This document shows positions 43,029 to 50,736 of a stretch of DNA of 50,736 nucleotides, in pieces. This DNA is from a virus: the IMG/VR virus record IMGVR_UViG_3300017963_000077; one strand, 5' to 3'. The position numbers and the translations under genes were made by a program. The first letter of the stretch is position 1, and every line of letters begins with the position of its first letter. Under the pieces are notes generated by a model that worked only from the letters and a program-made list of their open reading frames with translations, was not told where the DNA came from and searched no databases.

Positions 43029-46000
43029 ATGCCAGCTTATACAGACTTAACAACATCTTTGCAATCTTTAGTTTCGGCTACTGCAGGGACTAAAATAAAA
43101 ATGGATTTTGTCCTTGATCCAGAAAACCGCAACATTGTTTTTTCAGATCAATACGGGCCTATTAAAATTACTGGAATTAAAAATGAAATAAATCTGGACG
43201 TTAATTATGAACGACGTCCGGTGCTTGGGAAAATCAGGGTAGAGCTTTTGGACCCTGAAGGAACTTTAAATCCAAACAATGAAAATTCATATTTTTCTAA
43301 TGCGTGGAGTGTGTTATATAAAAATGCAGAAACGGGCGATACTTCAATTCAAGTTTATGATTATGACACCGCAAATTTTACTTTAAATAGTTGGATAACA
43401 ATAAAAGGTAAAGAACATTCTTACCCTTTTGCGTTTAATGAACTACTTGTAAAAATCACAAGCATAACTGATAATGGTTCATATTTAACGCTTGGGATTA
43501 ATGAAACAATAGATTATTTACACGAGTTTAAAATAGGCTCTATGGTTTTTGTTAATTCATTTAAAGAAGAATGTTTGGTTAGGATGTGGCTTGGTGACGA
43601 TACAACACCAATAACTTTATTTCGTGGCCGGATGACAAAAGAGCCAGCCGCAGGCAAAGACTCTATAATCGTAGATTTATCAGAAACCAAGAAAGAAGCT
43701 CTTGATTCTTTACTGGTGGGTGCAGATACAGACAATACCAATAAATTAATGTTTTTTAATTCGTCTGGCACTTTAACAGACTCAACACAAATAACAAGCG
43801 CATCAGGAACTTTTGACAGAACAAAAGCATATCCCTTGGATGAATGTAGGATTGGAAAGTGGATTGCTACTTTTACAAGCGCCAATGAATTTACGCTTGA
43901 CGGCCCCGGAACTGAAGGTCTTTCATGTAACATTAACTATGGACTAAGGAGCGCAACGACTGTAAGCAATTATCAATATCAAATGGTCGTAGATGGTAAT
44001 TATTTATATTATATCGATGGAGACAACGGCTATTTAAGAATATATAATATAAGCGACCCAGAGTCAATATCATTAACGGGAAGCGTGGCGTTAAGCGGGA
44101 CGGTCGCCGGAAATATTACAGGAATCTCAAAATCCGGGAATTATATATTTGTAAATTATTATACGATATTTCAAAGTAAAGCATGGATTGAATCAATTGA
44201 TGTTTCAACTCCGTCAAGTCCGTCAATTTCTGATACTATTACAACGGATTCAGAGTTGCCGTCTGGCATGACTGATGGCAAGAGTGCCATTTCAGGGAAT
44301 TATTTATATATTACAGATTTAAATGATTCTATACATGTTATAGATATTTCAACACCAGCAGCGATGGTTTATGATAATTCATATGGCGGAGCTGGCTCCC
44401 CAAACTATACGGATTATATCGGACATATTGAAATTTCTGGCAATTATTTATATACAATATCGTTGGTAGACAAATATTTAACTGTCTGGGATATTTCAAC
44501 ACCAACAAGTTTGTCTCTTGCTGGCACACTTGATTTATCAAGTTACGGCACAATTGATTTATTTTTTTATTTATCTGGAAATTATATATATTTTTGTTCA
44601 AATACAGATAACGAAAGTACTTTGCGAGTTATCGATATCACGACTCCCACTTCACCAAGTATTGTTTCGAATGCGACTTTTTCTGGTCGTGAAGCTCCAT
44701 ATTATATATATGATTTAAAGGCAGCGTATCGCTCAGGCAATTATTTATATTGTCTTTTCAGAGAGGCCATTGTTTTAATTAATGCGACAACTTTAACAAG
44801 CATGAGTTTAGTAGAATCAATTCCAACAAATTCTTTGTTAGGGTTCAGCAGTAACTCTTATGGCTGGGCTGTTTCGGGCTCTGATTTTTTTATTAGTTCA
44901 GATGATAAATTAATCACTTATTCTTTAGACCCAACATATATCAACAAACAAGGTTCTAATTACTTTAATATTGGCACTCAAGCCTGGGGGGGAACTTATG
45001 CTGCGGGAGATACAGTAGAGTTTTACACCGGTATTACTTTTAATGATAAAAATCCTATTCAAGCGGTTTATGACATTATTAATAATTATACCAACATTCC
45101 CTTAAAATTGTTGGCTGCATCTGCTTATTTTGGCACTAAGCAGATTGGAACACTATATAGAGAATTAGAAAATGGCGACACTTCAATTTTGGTTAAAGTT
45201 AACACTCCAGAACTTATAAAGACAGGAGAAACTTTAACAATAGATTCAACGGACTTTTCTATTACATCTGGAAATTCAGATACTACAAAATACCCGCCGT
45301 ATATAACATTAACTATTTCAGCGCATTCTGGCTCAACGATTGAAGAGGGAACTGCTGTTTATTGGAAAACTGGCGGCTCGGCCGATACTGATTTTAATTT
45401 TGAAGAGCAACACGAATACGCAAACATTCAAAATATAAAATTGACACTCCATACAGAAATGACAGTCCTTGAAGCTCTTGAAGCAGTAATGAGACATGTG
45501 GACGGCTTTTTGTTTCCGGACAATTGGGGAAAAGAGAATATATATTTATTTAAAGAAAACAATGATACACCTATAGAAATAACCGGAACAACCAACTTAA
45601 TAATGCCAGATCCAACTATTGAAAATTTACCAATGCGCAACGATTTTGTTTATAAATATGGATTCGATTTTTATAATGATCAATATTATTATTCAAAAAC
45701 ATATCAAGGCCATGACGGAGTCAATCGGGGATATTGGAGAACTTTACAAAAAACGAAAGCAGAAATTTATTTACCGGGCTTTTATGAAGAATCAAAGATT
45801 GATGCTGTTAGTTCGGTAAAAATAAGATTATGGCAGTTTGGTGTTCAAGTGATTGAATTCAATACATCACTTGAGGGTATTGTTCTTAAAATTGGTGACA
45901 AAATAAATATAACAAGCACTAATCCAAGCTTAACGTCTGAATCGTTTATTATTATAGGTCGTGAATTTAGATATTATAAAAAATTTGAAATGACATTTTG

Positions 46001-46037
46001 GGCATATAATTATAACAAAGTCTGGGCAGAGGGATGA
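43029..46037 (+). CDS. Large tail tip/baseplate protein with internal LVIVD-like beta-propeller repeats
   Basis: 1002 aa after the TMP. Six or seven repeats of SGNY(L/I)Y....L.V(I/W)DIS(T/D)P.S.S between about aa 316 and 640. Confidence 0.6.
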   Translation: MPAYTDLTTSLQSLVSATAGTKIKMDFVLDPENRNIVFSDQYGPIKITGIKNEINLDVNYERRPVLGKIRVELLDPEGTLNPNNENSYFSNAWSVLYKNAETGDTSIQVYDYDTANFTLNSWITIKGKEHSYPFAFNELLVKITSITDNGSYLTLGINETIDYLHEFKIGSMVFVNSFKEECLVRMWLGDDTTPITLFRGRMTKEPAAGKDSIIVDLSETKKEALDSLLVGADTDNTNKLMFFNSSGTLTDSTQITSASGTFDRTKAYPLDECRIGKWIATFTSANEFTLDGPGTEGLSCNINYGLRSATTVSNYQYQMVVDGNYLYYIDGDNGYLRIYNISDPESISLTGSVALSGTVAGNITGISKSGNYIFVNYYTIFQSKAWIESIDVSTPSSPSISDTITTDSELPSGMTDGKSAISGNYLYITDLNDSIHVIDISTPAAMVYDNSYGGAGSPNYTDYIGHIEISGNYLYTISLVDKYLTVWDISTPTSLSLAGTLDLSSYGTIDLFFYLSGNYIYFCSNTDNESTLRVIDITTPTSPSIVSNATFSGREAPYYIYDLKAAYRSGNYLYCLFREAIVLINATTLTSMSLVESIPTNSLLGFSSNSYGWAVSGSDFFISSDDKLITYSLDPTYINKQGSNYFNIGTQAWGGTYAAGDTVEFYTGITFNDKNPIQAVYDIINNYTNIPLKLLAASAYFGTKQIGTLYRELENGDTSILVKVNTPELIKTGETLTIDSTDFSITSGNSDTTKYPPYITLTISAHSGSTIEEGTAVYWKTGGSADTDFNFEEQHEYANIQNIKLTLHTEMTVLEALEAVMRHVDGFLFPDNWGKENIYLFKENNDTPIEITGTTNLIMPDPTIENLPMRNDFVYKYGFDFYNDQYYYSKTYQGHDGVNRGYWRTLQKTKAEIYLPGFYEESKIDAVSSVKIRLWQFGVQVIEFNTSLEGIVLKIGDKINITSTNPSLTSESFIIIGREFRYYKKFEMTFWAYNYNKVWAEG

Positions 46038-46474
46038 GAAACACGGTATTAAGGGTTGGATATTTATCTGGTGGCGTAGTTACAAACATTGATTTCACAG
46101 ATCACGAAGTAGCAGAGGTCAATATTCAGACGACACAAAACTATGAAATAAAATTTTTGCAAAACAGAAAACCACTTATGTATTTAACGTCTGACGAATA
46201 TTTGCAAATCACTGCAAATATTTACATTGAAAATAATGTAACCATTGACAGACTTGAGGAATTGCAAGGACTTAATGACGCCTTTTTGTTATATTACGAT
46301 TTTTTGAACAATCCCGGAACTGCAATTGCGGCAAGAGTCGACCCAGAAATTTCATCTATTTATTCAATGGGATACGAAGCTGGTGGACATACAATAAGAC
46401 TAAAATTTTATGAAACAAATTATCCGGCAGGTTTTCTTGCTATCGCTTTTAATGAAAATAATGTTGGGAATTAA
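46034..46474 (+). CDS. Hypothetical tail protein
   Basis: 146-aa ORF, overlapping the previous stop by 4 nt. Confidence 0.45.
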   Translation: MRNTVLRVGYLSGGVVTNIDFTDHEVAEVNIQTTQNYEIKFLQNRKPLMYLTSDEYLQITANIYIENNVTIDRLEELQGLNDAFLLYYDFLNNPGTAIAARVDPEISSIYSMGYEAGGHTIRLKFYETNYPAGFLAIAFNENNVGN

Positions 46475-46476
46475 TT

Positions 46477-46740
46477 ATGGCAACATGGGCAAAAGAAAAT
46501 GTAATTTTCAGGTTGGTTGTTTGGAGTACTGGAGTAGCAGATACTACGACACATACCGTAGTATTGCAACCAACAGACCAAACATATCCGACCGGTTCTA
46601 TTTCTTGCACGCATGCAGGGAACGGGTATTATCGGCCAGATTCTGATTTGAATGATACAAAACATTATTATATATATGTTGATACTGTAAAAAAATCAAA
46701 ACTAATTTCAATCGAATCAGAGCCAGCAATTTTAACTTGA
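46477..46740 (+). CDS. Hypothetical tail protein
   Basis: 87-aa ORF. The competing overlapping ORFs 46410..46646 and 46471..46665(-) are rejected. Confidence 0.45.
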   Translation: MATWAKENVIFRLVVWSTGVADTTTHTVVLQPTDQTYPTGSISCTHAGNGYYRPDSDLNDTKHYYIYVDTVKKSKLISIESEPAILT

Positions 46741-46750
46741 GGAATTTAAA

Positions 46751-48046
46751 ATGAAAAAAATAATAACAATATGGATTCTGCTTGTAATAAGTATATTTTA
46801 TTTATATGCCCAACAGGTAATACAATACCGGTCGCAAAGATTTGATTTATCAATTTTAGTAGACGATACAACTTTTGTGGCAGACTCCACGACTTATTTA
46901 TTTAAGGACGGCTCAAATAATTTAAAATTTGTTGATGCAGTAGTAGGCGCAAAAACACTAACAGAACTATCAACGACAACACTTGATTCCGATTTTGTAA
47001 GTTTCACGTCAGACACCTTTTATATAAATGATACAAACACAAAGGTAACAGAGGACGGCTCAAATAATTTAATTTTTGTTGATGCTGTTACGGGAACTAA
47101 GACACTCGCAGAACTATCAACGACAACACTTGATTCCGATTTTGTTTCTTTTACAAGTGATACTTTTTATATAAACGACACTAACACAAAGGTAACAGAA
47201 GACGGCTCAAATAATTTAATTTTTGTTGATGCTGTTACAGGAACTAAGACTTTGGCAGAGCTGACAGCGACAACATCACTTGACTCCGATTTTGTAAGTT
47301 TTACAAGCGACACATTTTATATAAATGATACTAATACCAAAATCACTGAAGACGGTTCAAACAATTTAATTTTTGTTGACGCTGTGACAGGAACTAAGAC
47401 ACTCGCAGAACTATCCGCGGGTGGTAGTGCAGATAGTTCTTTTAAAAAAATAACAGCTGATACAGTGGGAGCAATTGATGACACAACAGTAACTTTTATA
47501 AATCATATAGCATTAACAGACGATAAAAATATTATATTGCAAGACAGTTCTACGGTCTGGCAGGTATTAACGTGTAATTTTCCGTATGGATGGTCAACTG
47601 GTCCAGATTGGGCGACAAGTTACGGTGGGTGGCTTTTTGCAAGCTCAGGAACAGAACAAGTATTTTTTAATTTTAGGCTTCCTGAAACTTGGAAAGAAGG
47701 CTCTACTATTTATCCAATGATTGGGTGGCAAGCCGCCGTCACAAGTACAGGTGACGCCTATTGGAGATTTGCTTACCGTTGGGTGGACATAGATTCAACA
47801 GAAGAAGGGACTTTAACAAATTTAGATATTTTAACGGCAGGGACAGGGACAGCATTTGTTCACCAAGAAGCTTTATTTGCCGGTATTTCTGGAACAGGCA
47901 AACATGTCGGAAGCAACATTAGTGGAATATTGGCAAGACTCGGAAGTGAAGGAGACGACGATCTAGCTGGAGATGCGCTGTTGAAAACTATTAATATAAT
48001 TATCGAATGCGACAGATATGCGGCATCTGGAGCAAGAGAAAAATAA
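46751..48046 (+). CDS. Tail fibre / receptor-binding candidate with N-terminal hydrophobic signal-like segment and 49-aa tandem repeats
   Basis: N-terminus is MKKIITIWILLVISIFYLYAQQ. About 3.4 copies of DGSNNLIFVDAVTGTKTLAELSTTTLDSDFVSFTSDTFYINDTNTKVTE. Confidence 0.55.
   Translation: MKKIITIWILLVISIFYLYAQQVIQYRSQRFDLSILVDDTTFVADSTTYLFKDGSNNLKFVDAVVGAKTLTELSTTTLDSDFVSFTSDTFYINDTNTKVTEDGSNNLIFVDAVTGTKTLAELSTTTLDSDFVSFTSDTFYINDTNTKVTEDGSNNLIFVDAVTGTKTLAELTATTSLDSDFVSFTSDTFYINDTNTKITEDGSNNLIFVDAVTGTKTLAELSAGGSADSSFKKITADTVGAIDDTTVTFINHIALTDDKNIILQDSSTVWQVLTCNFPYGWSTGPDWATSYGGWLFASSGTEQVFFNFRLPETWKEGSTIYPMIGWQAAVTSTGDAYWRFAYRWVDIDSTEEGTLTNLDILTAGTGTAFVHQEALFAGISGTGKHVGSNISGILARLGSEGDDDLAGDALLKTINIIIECDRYAASGAREK
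46907..47413 (+). repeat. In-frame tandem repeat, period 147 bp (one unit 150 bp), about 3.4 copies
   Basis: The GACGG(C/T)TCAAA(T/C)AATTTAA motif recurs at 46907, 47054, 47201 and 47351. Confidence 0.9.
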
Positions 48047-48063
48047 TTTTTCCGGAGAATAGC

Positions 48064-48651
48064 ATGAAAAATTCACTATTAATTTTTTTATTTCTAACAA
48101 TATTGGGAATGTTTATTCTTGGTCAATTGGCGACAGATACAAGCGGAAACAGAGTTTTCTTAAAAGCAAATCCACAGACCGGCGCACTTATAACAATGGA
48201 ATATCACAACCACGAATGGATAGTTGGAAAACGCTATTATCATTCAAGCATAAACAGAGTTTCAGCGAACGACACTTTGGTTTTAGGAATCACAACGCCA
48301 GATAATAATGATATAATTCATTTGTCATGGAATATTAATGGAACAAAACAAATAATCGGAAAAATATTTGAAAATGCGAGTTTTGAACAACAAGCTTGCA
48401 TTCCGATGAAAAATTTAAATTTTAATTATCTTGATCAGAGTAATACAAAAATATGTAATTTAACTAATTATAAAATAGGTGATGAGATTGGCGGCGAATT
48501 AAGTGGAGGCTTAACGTCGCCGGGAAATATAAAAACTGATGAGGGATTGATTTTAAAAAACAATGAAAAATATATTTTAATTATTTATTCGCCTGTTTTA
48601 AATGATATTTCTGTAACATTAAAATGGTCAGAACATAGGCCAATACATTAA
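48064..48651 (+). CDS. Signal-peptide-bearing protein, paralog A
   Basis: ATG at 48064 behind GGAGAA. N-terminus is MKNSLLIFLFLTILGMFILGQ. GNRVFLKANPQTGALITMEYHNHEWIVGKRYY is shared with 48709..49317. Confidence 0.55.
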   Translation: MKNSLLIFLFLTILGMFILGQLATDTSGNRVFLKANPQTGALITMEYHNHEWIVGKRYYHSSINRVSANDTLVLGITTPDNNDIIHLSWNINGTKQIIGKIFENASFEQQACIPMKNLNFNYLDQSNTKICNLTNYKIGDEIGGELSGGLTSPGNIKTDEGLILKNNEKYILIIYSPVLNDISVTLKWSEHRPIH

Positions 48652-48708
48652 CTACATAATAGTCTACTAATAGTTGACTGATATCTATAAATTTAAACTG
48701 AGGACTTT

Positions 48709-49317
48709 ATGAAAAAAATAATATTATTTTTGCTTTTAAGCTTTATTATTTCTTTTGCTCAAACGGCGCATAATGGTAATGGTGAAAGAGTTTATCTTAA
48801 AGTTGACAACTCTACACACGCTTTAAATATGATTGACTATGAACATCACGAAATACACTCAGGGAGCCACTATTTTATTGCAACATCTGACACAATGGCA
48901 TCAGGAGACACTCTTTTTTTTGAGGTGGTTGTGCCAGATACAACAAGAGAAGCCCATTTTTTATTTACTTATACAAGTTCAGGATTATTAAAAGCAAATG
49001 TTAGAGAAGGTACAACTATTACTGGCGGCGACACATTAACAACTTATAATTCAAACCGCAACAGCAGTAAATCATCCATGCTCACAATTGTTGGGGGTGG
49101 GCAAGCGGCTTGCAATCTTGACTCAGCGGGAACAGCTTTATTATCTTTAATTCATGGCTCCTCAGACAATAAGAATCCCTTTGGTGGTTCTGGTGGAAGA
49201 GGTTCAGAAATAATTTTAAAAAACAACACAAGTTATGTATTTGAGTTTATAAGTGGAGCAGATAATAATTATTTTATGGGCGAAGCAGAATGGTACGAAC
49301 ATATTCCAAAGGATTGA
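48709..49317 (+). CDS. Signal-peptide-bearing protein, paralog B
   Basis: N-terminus is MKKIILFLLLSFIISFAQT. Contains GERVYLKVDNSTHALNMIDYEHHEIHSGSHYF ... ILKNNTSYVFEF ... WYEHIP. Confidence 0.55.
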   Translation: MKKIILFLLLSFIISFAQTAHNGNGERVYLKVDNSTHALNMIDYEHHEIHSGSHYFIATSDTMASGDTLFFEVVVPDTTREAHFLFTYTSSGLLKANVREGTTITGGDTLTTYNSNRNSSKSSMLTIVGGGQAACNLDSAGTALLSLIHGSSDNKNPFGGSGGRGSEIILKNNTSYVFEFISGADNNYFMGEAEWYEHIPKD

Positions 49318-49318
49318 T

Positions 49319-49720
49319 ATGGTTGATAACACAGACGTTAAAATCGGAAAACTTGAAGAAGCGCAAAGACTTTGCAAAGAAGATACTCAAAAACAAATTG
49401 CTTTATTATGGGAATCAAATCAACGATTAAAAAAATTGATTTTCGGAAATGGTGATGAAGGAATTAAAGATAAAATTGCAGTTCTGCTTAAAGAAATCAA
49501 AGGCTTTTCAAGCGATCACATTAAGCTAGAAAGTCTGGAGGATGAAATTTTGAAACTGCAATCAAGACATGAACGAATTGAAGATTTTATTGGAAAAACA
49601 GAAAGAACTTTAAATTATTTCTGGGTAAAATTAGTAGGTTTATTGTTCGCACTAATTTTATCAATGTTTGGTTTATTTTATTTTTTAATCAAAACATTAA
49701 CAGAGCATCAAATCCAATAG
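49319..49720 (+). CDS. Coiled-coil protein with C-terminal TM segment (holin/spanin-like candidate)
   Basis: The ATG at 49319 follows the previous TGA by 1 nt. C-terminal LVGLLFALILSMFGLFYFLI. Confidence 0.45.
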   Translation: MVDNTDVKIGKLEEAQRLCKEDTQKQIALLWESNQRLKKLIFGNGDEGIKDKIAVLLKEIKGFSSDHIKLESLEDEILKLQSRHERIEDFIGKTERTLNYFWVKLVGLLFALILSMFGLFYFLIKTLTEHQIQ

Positions 49721-49728
49721 GAAAAAAA

Positions 49729-50604
49729 ATGATATTTTATTTGCATAGAAAAGTAATTAATGGCAAGGGTGTCCTGGGTACCATATTATACAATAGACAA
49801 CACCCATATTTAGCCGCAAATTATAATAATGAATCCAATATTGAAGTCTGTAAAACTTTAGAACTCCCATGGAATTATAACAAAAGAAATATTTCTTGCA
49901 TTCCGGCCGGAATTTATAAATTTTATTATGATAGAGATATCGGTAGATTTTGGGTTTTAAATGTTCTTGACAGGACGAACATACAAATTCATATTGGGAA
50001 TAATGCTCTTGTCAACAATCCAAAATCAGATACAACCGGTTGTATATTAACAGGGATGAGATGGAATTCAAGTCACACTTTTATATACGATTCTGAAAAG
50101 GGTTTTAACAGATTAAAAGAATTATGTTTCGGTGATTCTTATCAAGTTGCAGAACATACATTGATAATAATTGATAAATCATATAAAACATATTTACCGA
50201 ATTTAAACTCTAATATTGATATGTATCCGATGGAAAAGTGGACCCATATTTTTAAACCACATTTGCCATTAGAATATACACCGCAACAAATTTTAAAAAA
50301 GGGAATTGCGGAGTCGTACAAAGGAGGAAAATTTTGGTATAATTTAATACACGAAGAAAAATGGAAACTTTGGTCTGGATATATACTTGGAACTGCATCT
50401 GTGATTTTTTCTTTTTTTAATCCAGCTGTCAGTCAAGTTTTGGCCGGAGGGAGTCTTGGGCTTATTGGCGTTGGCGGAATTCAAGGTGCAAAACACAGCG
50501 AGCCGTCGTGGGATGGGAAAACAGGAAAATTATATATAATTGTAAAAATGGTGCTTGATACAATAAAAGAAATAATTTTAAAAATTTCCTCTAAAAATGA
50601 ATAG
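49729..50604 (+). CDS. DUF5675-like domain protein with C-terminal hydrophobic region (cell-wall/lysis candidate)
   Basis: CKTLELPWNYNKRNISCIPAGIYKF...NIQIHIGN...DTTGCILTG matches the DUF5675 pattern. C-terminal WSGYILGTASVIFSFF..LAGGSLGLIGVGGI. The stop codon lies in the first repeat unit. Confidence 0.6.
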   Translation: MIFYLHRKVINGKGVLGTILYNRQHPYLAANYNNESNIEVCKTLELPWNYNKRNISCIPAGIYKFYYDRDIGRFWVLNVLDRTNIQIHIGNNALVNNPKSDTTGCILTGMRWNSSHTFIYDSEKGFNRLKELCFGDSYQVAEHTLIIIDKSYKTYLPNLNSNIDMYPMEKWTHIFKPHLPLEYTPQQILKKGIAESYKGGKFWYNLIHEEKWKLWSGYILGTASVIFSFFNPAVSQVLAGGSLGLIGVGGIQGAKHSEPSWDGKTGKLYIIVKMVLDTIKEIILKISSKNE

Positions 50605-50736
50605 GTATTCAGAAATGAATGGGTATTCAGAAATGAATAGGTATTCAGAAATGAATAGGTATTCAGAAATGAATAGGTATTCAGAAATGAATAGGTATTC
50701 AGAAATGAATAGGTATTCAGAAATGAATAGGTATTC
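50593..50736. repeat. Tandem 18-bp repeat array at the right end of the window (partial unit + 7 units + ATTC)
   Basis: Full units start at 50607 (GGGT variant), 50625, 50643, 50661, 50679, 50697 and 50715. 50625-50736 is identical to 1-112. Confidence 0.95.

Noticed and set aside
44338-44718. Small ORFs on both strands inside the LVIVD region of the tail protein.
   Set aside because: They are embedded in a continuous 1002-codon ORF with clear repeat structure, and have no SDs.
46907-47413. The fibre repeats as the variable/template repeats of a diversity-generating retroelement.
   Set aside because: No reverse transcriptase gene is present in the genome. The repeats are in-frame, tandem and inside one CDS, with no adenine-specific mismatch pattern between copies.
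1-50736. A search by eye for tRNA/tmRNA genes, integrase/excisionase, CI/Cro-type switch, reverse transcriptase, and DNA polymerase/helicase/primase.
   Set aside because: None was recognised: no GTTCGAATC-type T-arm contexts, no tyrosine or serine recombinase motifs, no polymerase motifs. This is absence by eye only. tRNAscan or profile searches should confirm it.

Overview
This looks like a complete, AT-rich tailed dsDNA phage genome of about 50.7 kb. The tail module is siphovirus-type: tube protein, G/GT chaperone and a 1482-aa tape measure, with no sheath. I found no integrase, tRNA, rRNA or CRISPR array. The window is cut inside an 18/20-bp tandem-repeat array, so its first and last 112 bp are identical, which fits a circularly closed or terminally redundant assembly.

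Gene order:
- 1-615: iteron-like repeats and an AT-rich region.
- About 0.9-14.7 kb, + strand: early genes. These include YqaJ-type exonuclease, RecT, an SMC/SbcC-like ATPase, SPP1 G38P/G39P-like replication proteins, a free-standing HNH endonuclease, an Mre11/SbcD-type phosphoesterase, a secreted protein with a T9SS C-terminal sorting domain, and an FN3/dockerin-like membrane protein.
- 14.7-18.5 kb, - strand: an island of small unknown genes organised as two operons. Each operon is driven by a copy of the same 115-bp promoter/operator/leader.
- 18.7-22.6 kb: two ParB/Srx-domain plus GT-A-like transferase pairs bracketing a DNA methyltransferase.
- 22.6-50.6 kb: late genes. In order: terminase small and large subunits, portal and MuF-like protein; an inserted Zn-ribbon / SAM-methyltransferase / GT9-like island; protease-scaffold, capsid, connectors and tube; a chaperone with a textbook -1 frameshift signal; tape measure; a tail protein with an LVIVD-type propeller; a fibre with 147-bp in-frame repeats; signal-peptide-bearing paralogs; and a DUF5675-like lysis candidate.

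The best candidates for something undescribed are:
- the duplicated ParB + GT-A + methyltransferase module, a possible DNA hypermodification system;
- the glycosylation/methylation island inside the head module;
- the dual-promoter minus-strand island;
- the iteron architecture at the genome junction.

Strong Shine-Dalgarno usage combined with a PNPFN-type T9SS sorting signal suggests a host in the FCB group but outside classical Bacteroidia.

All family names come from motif recognition by eye. No searches were run.
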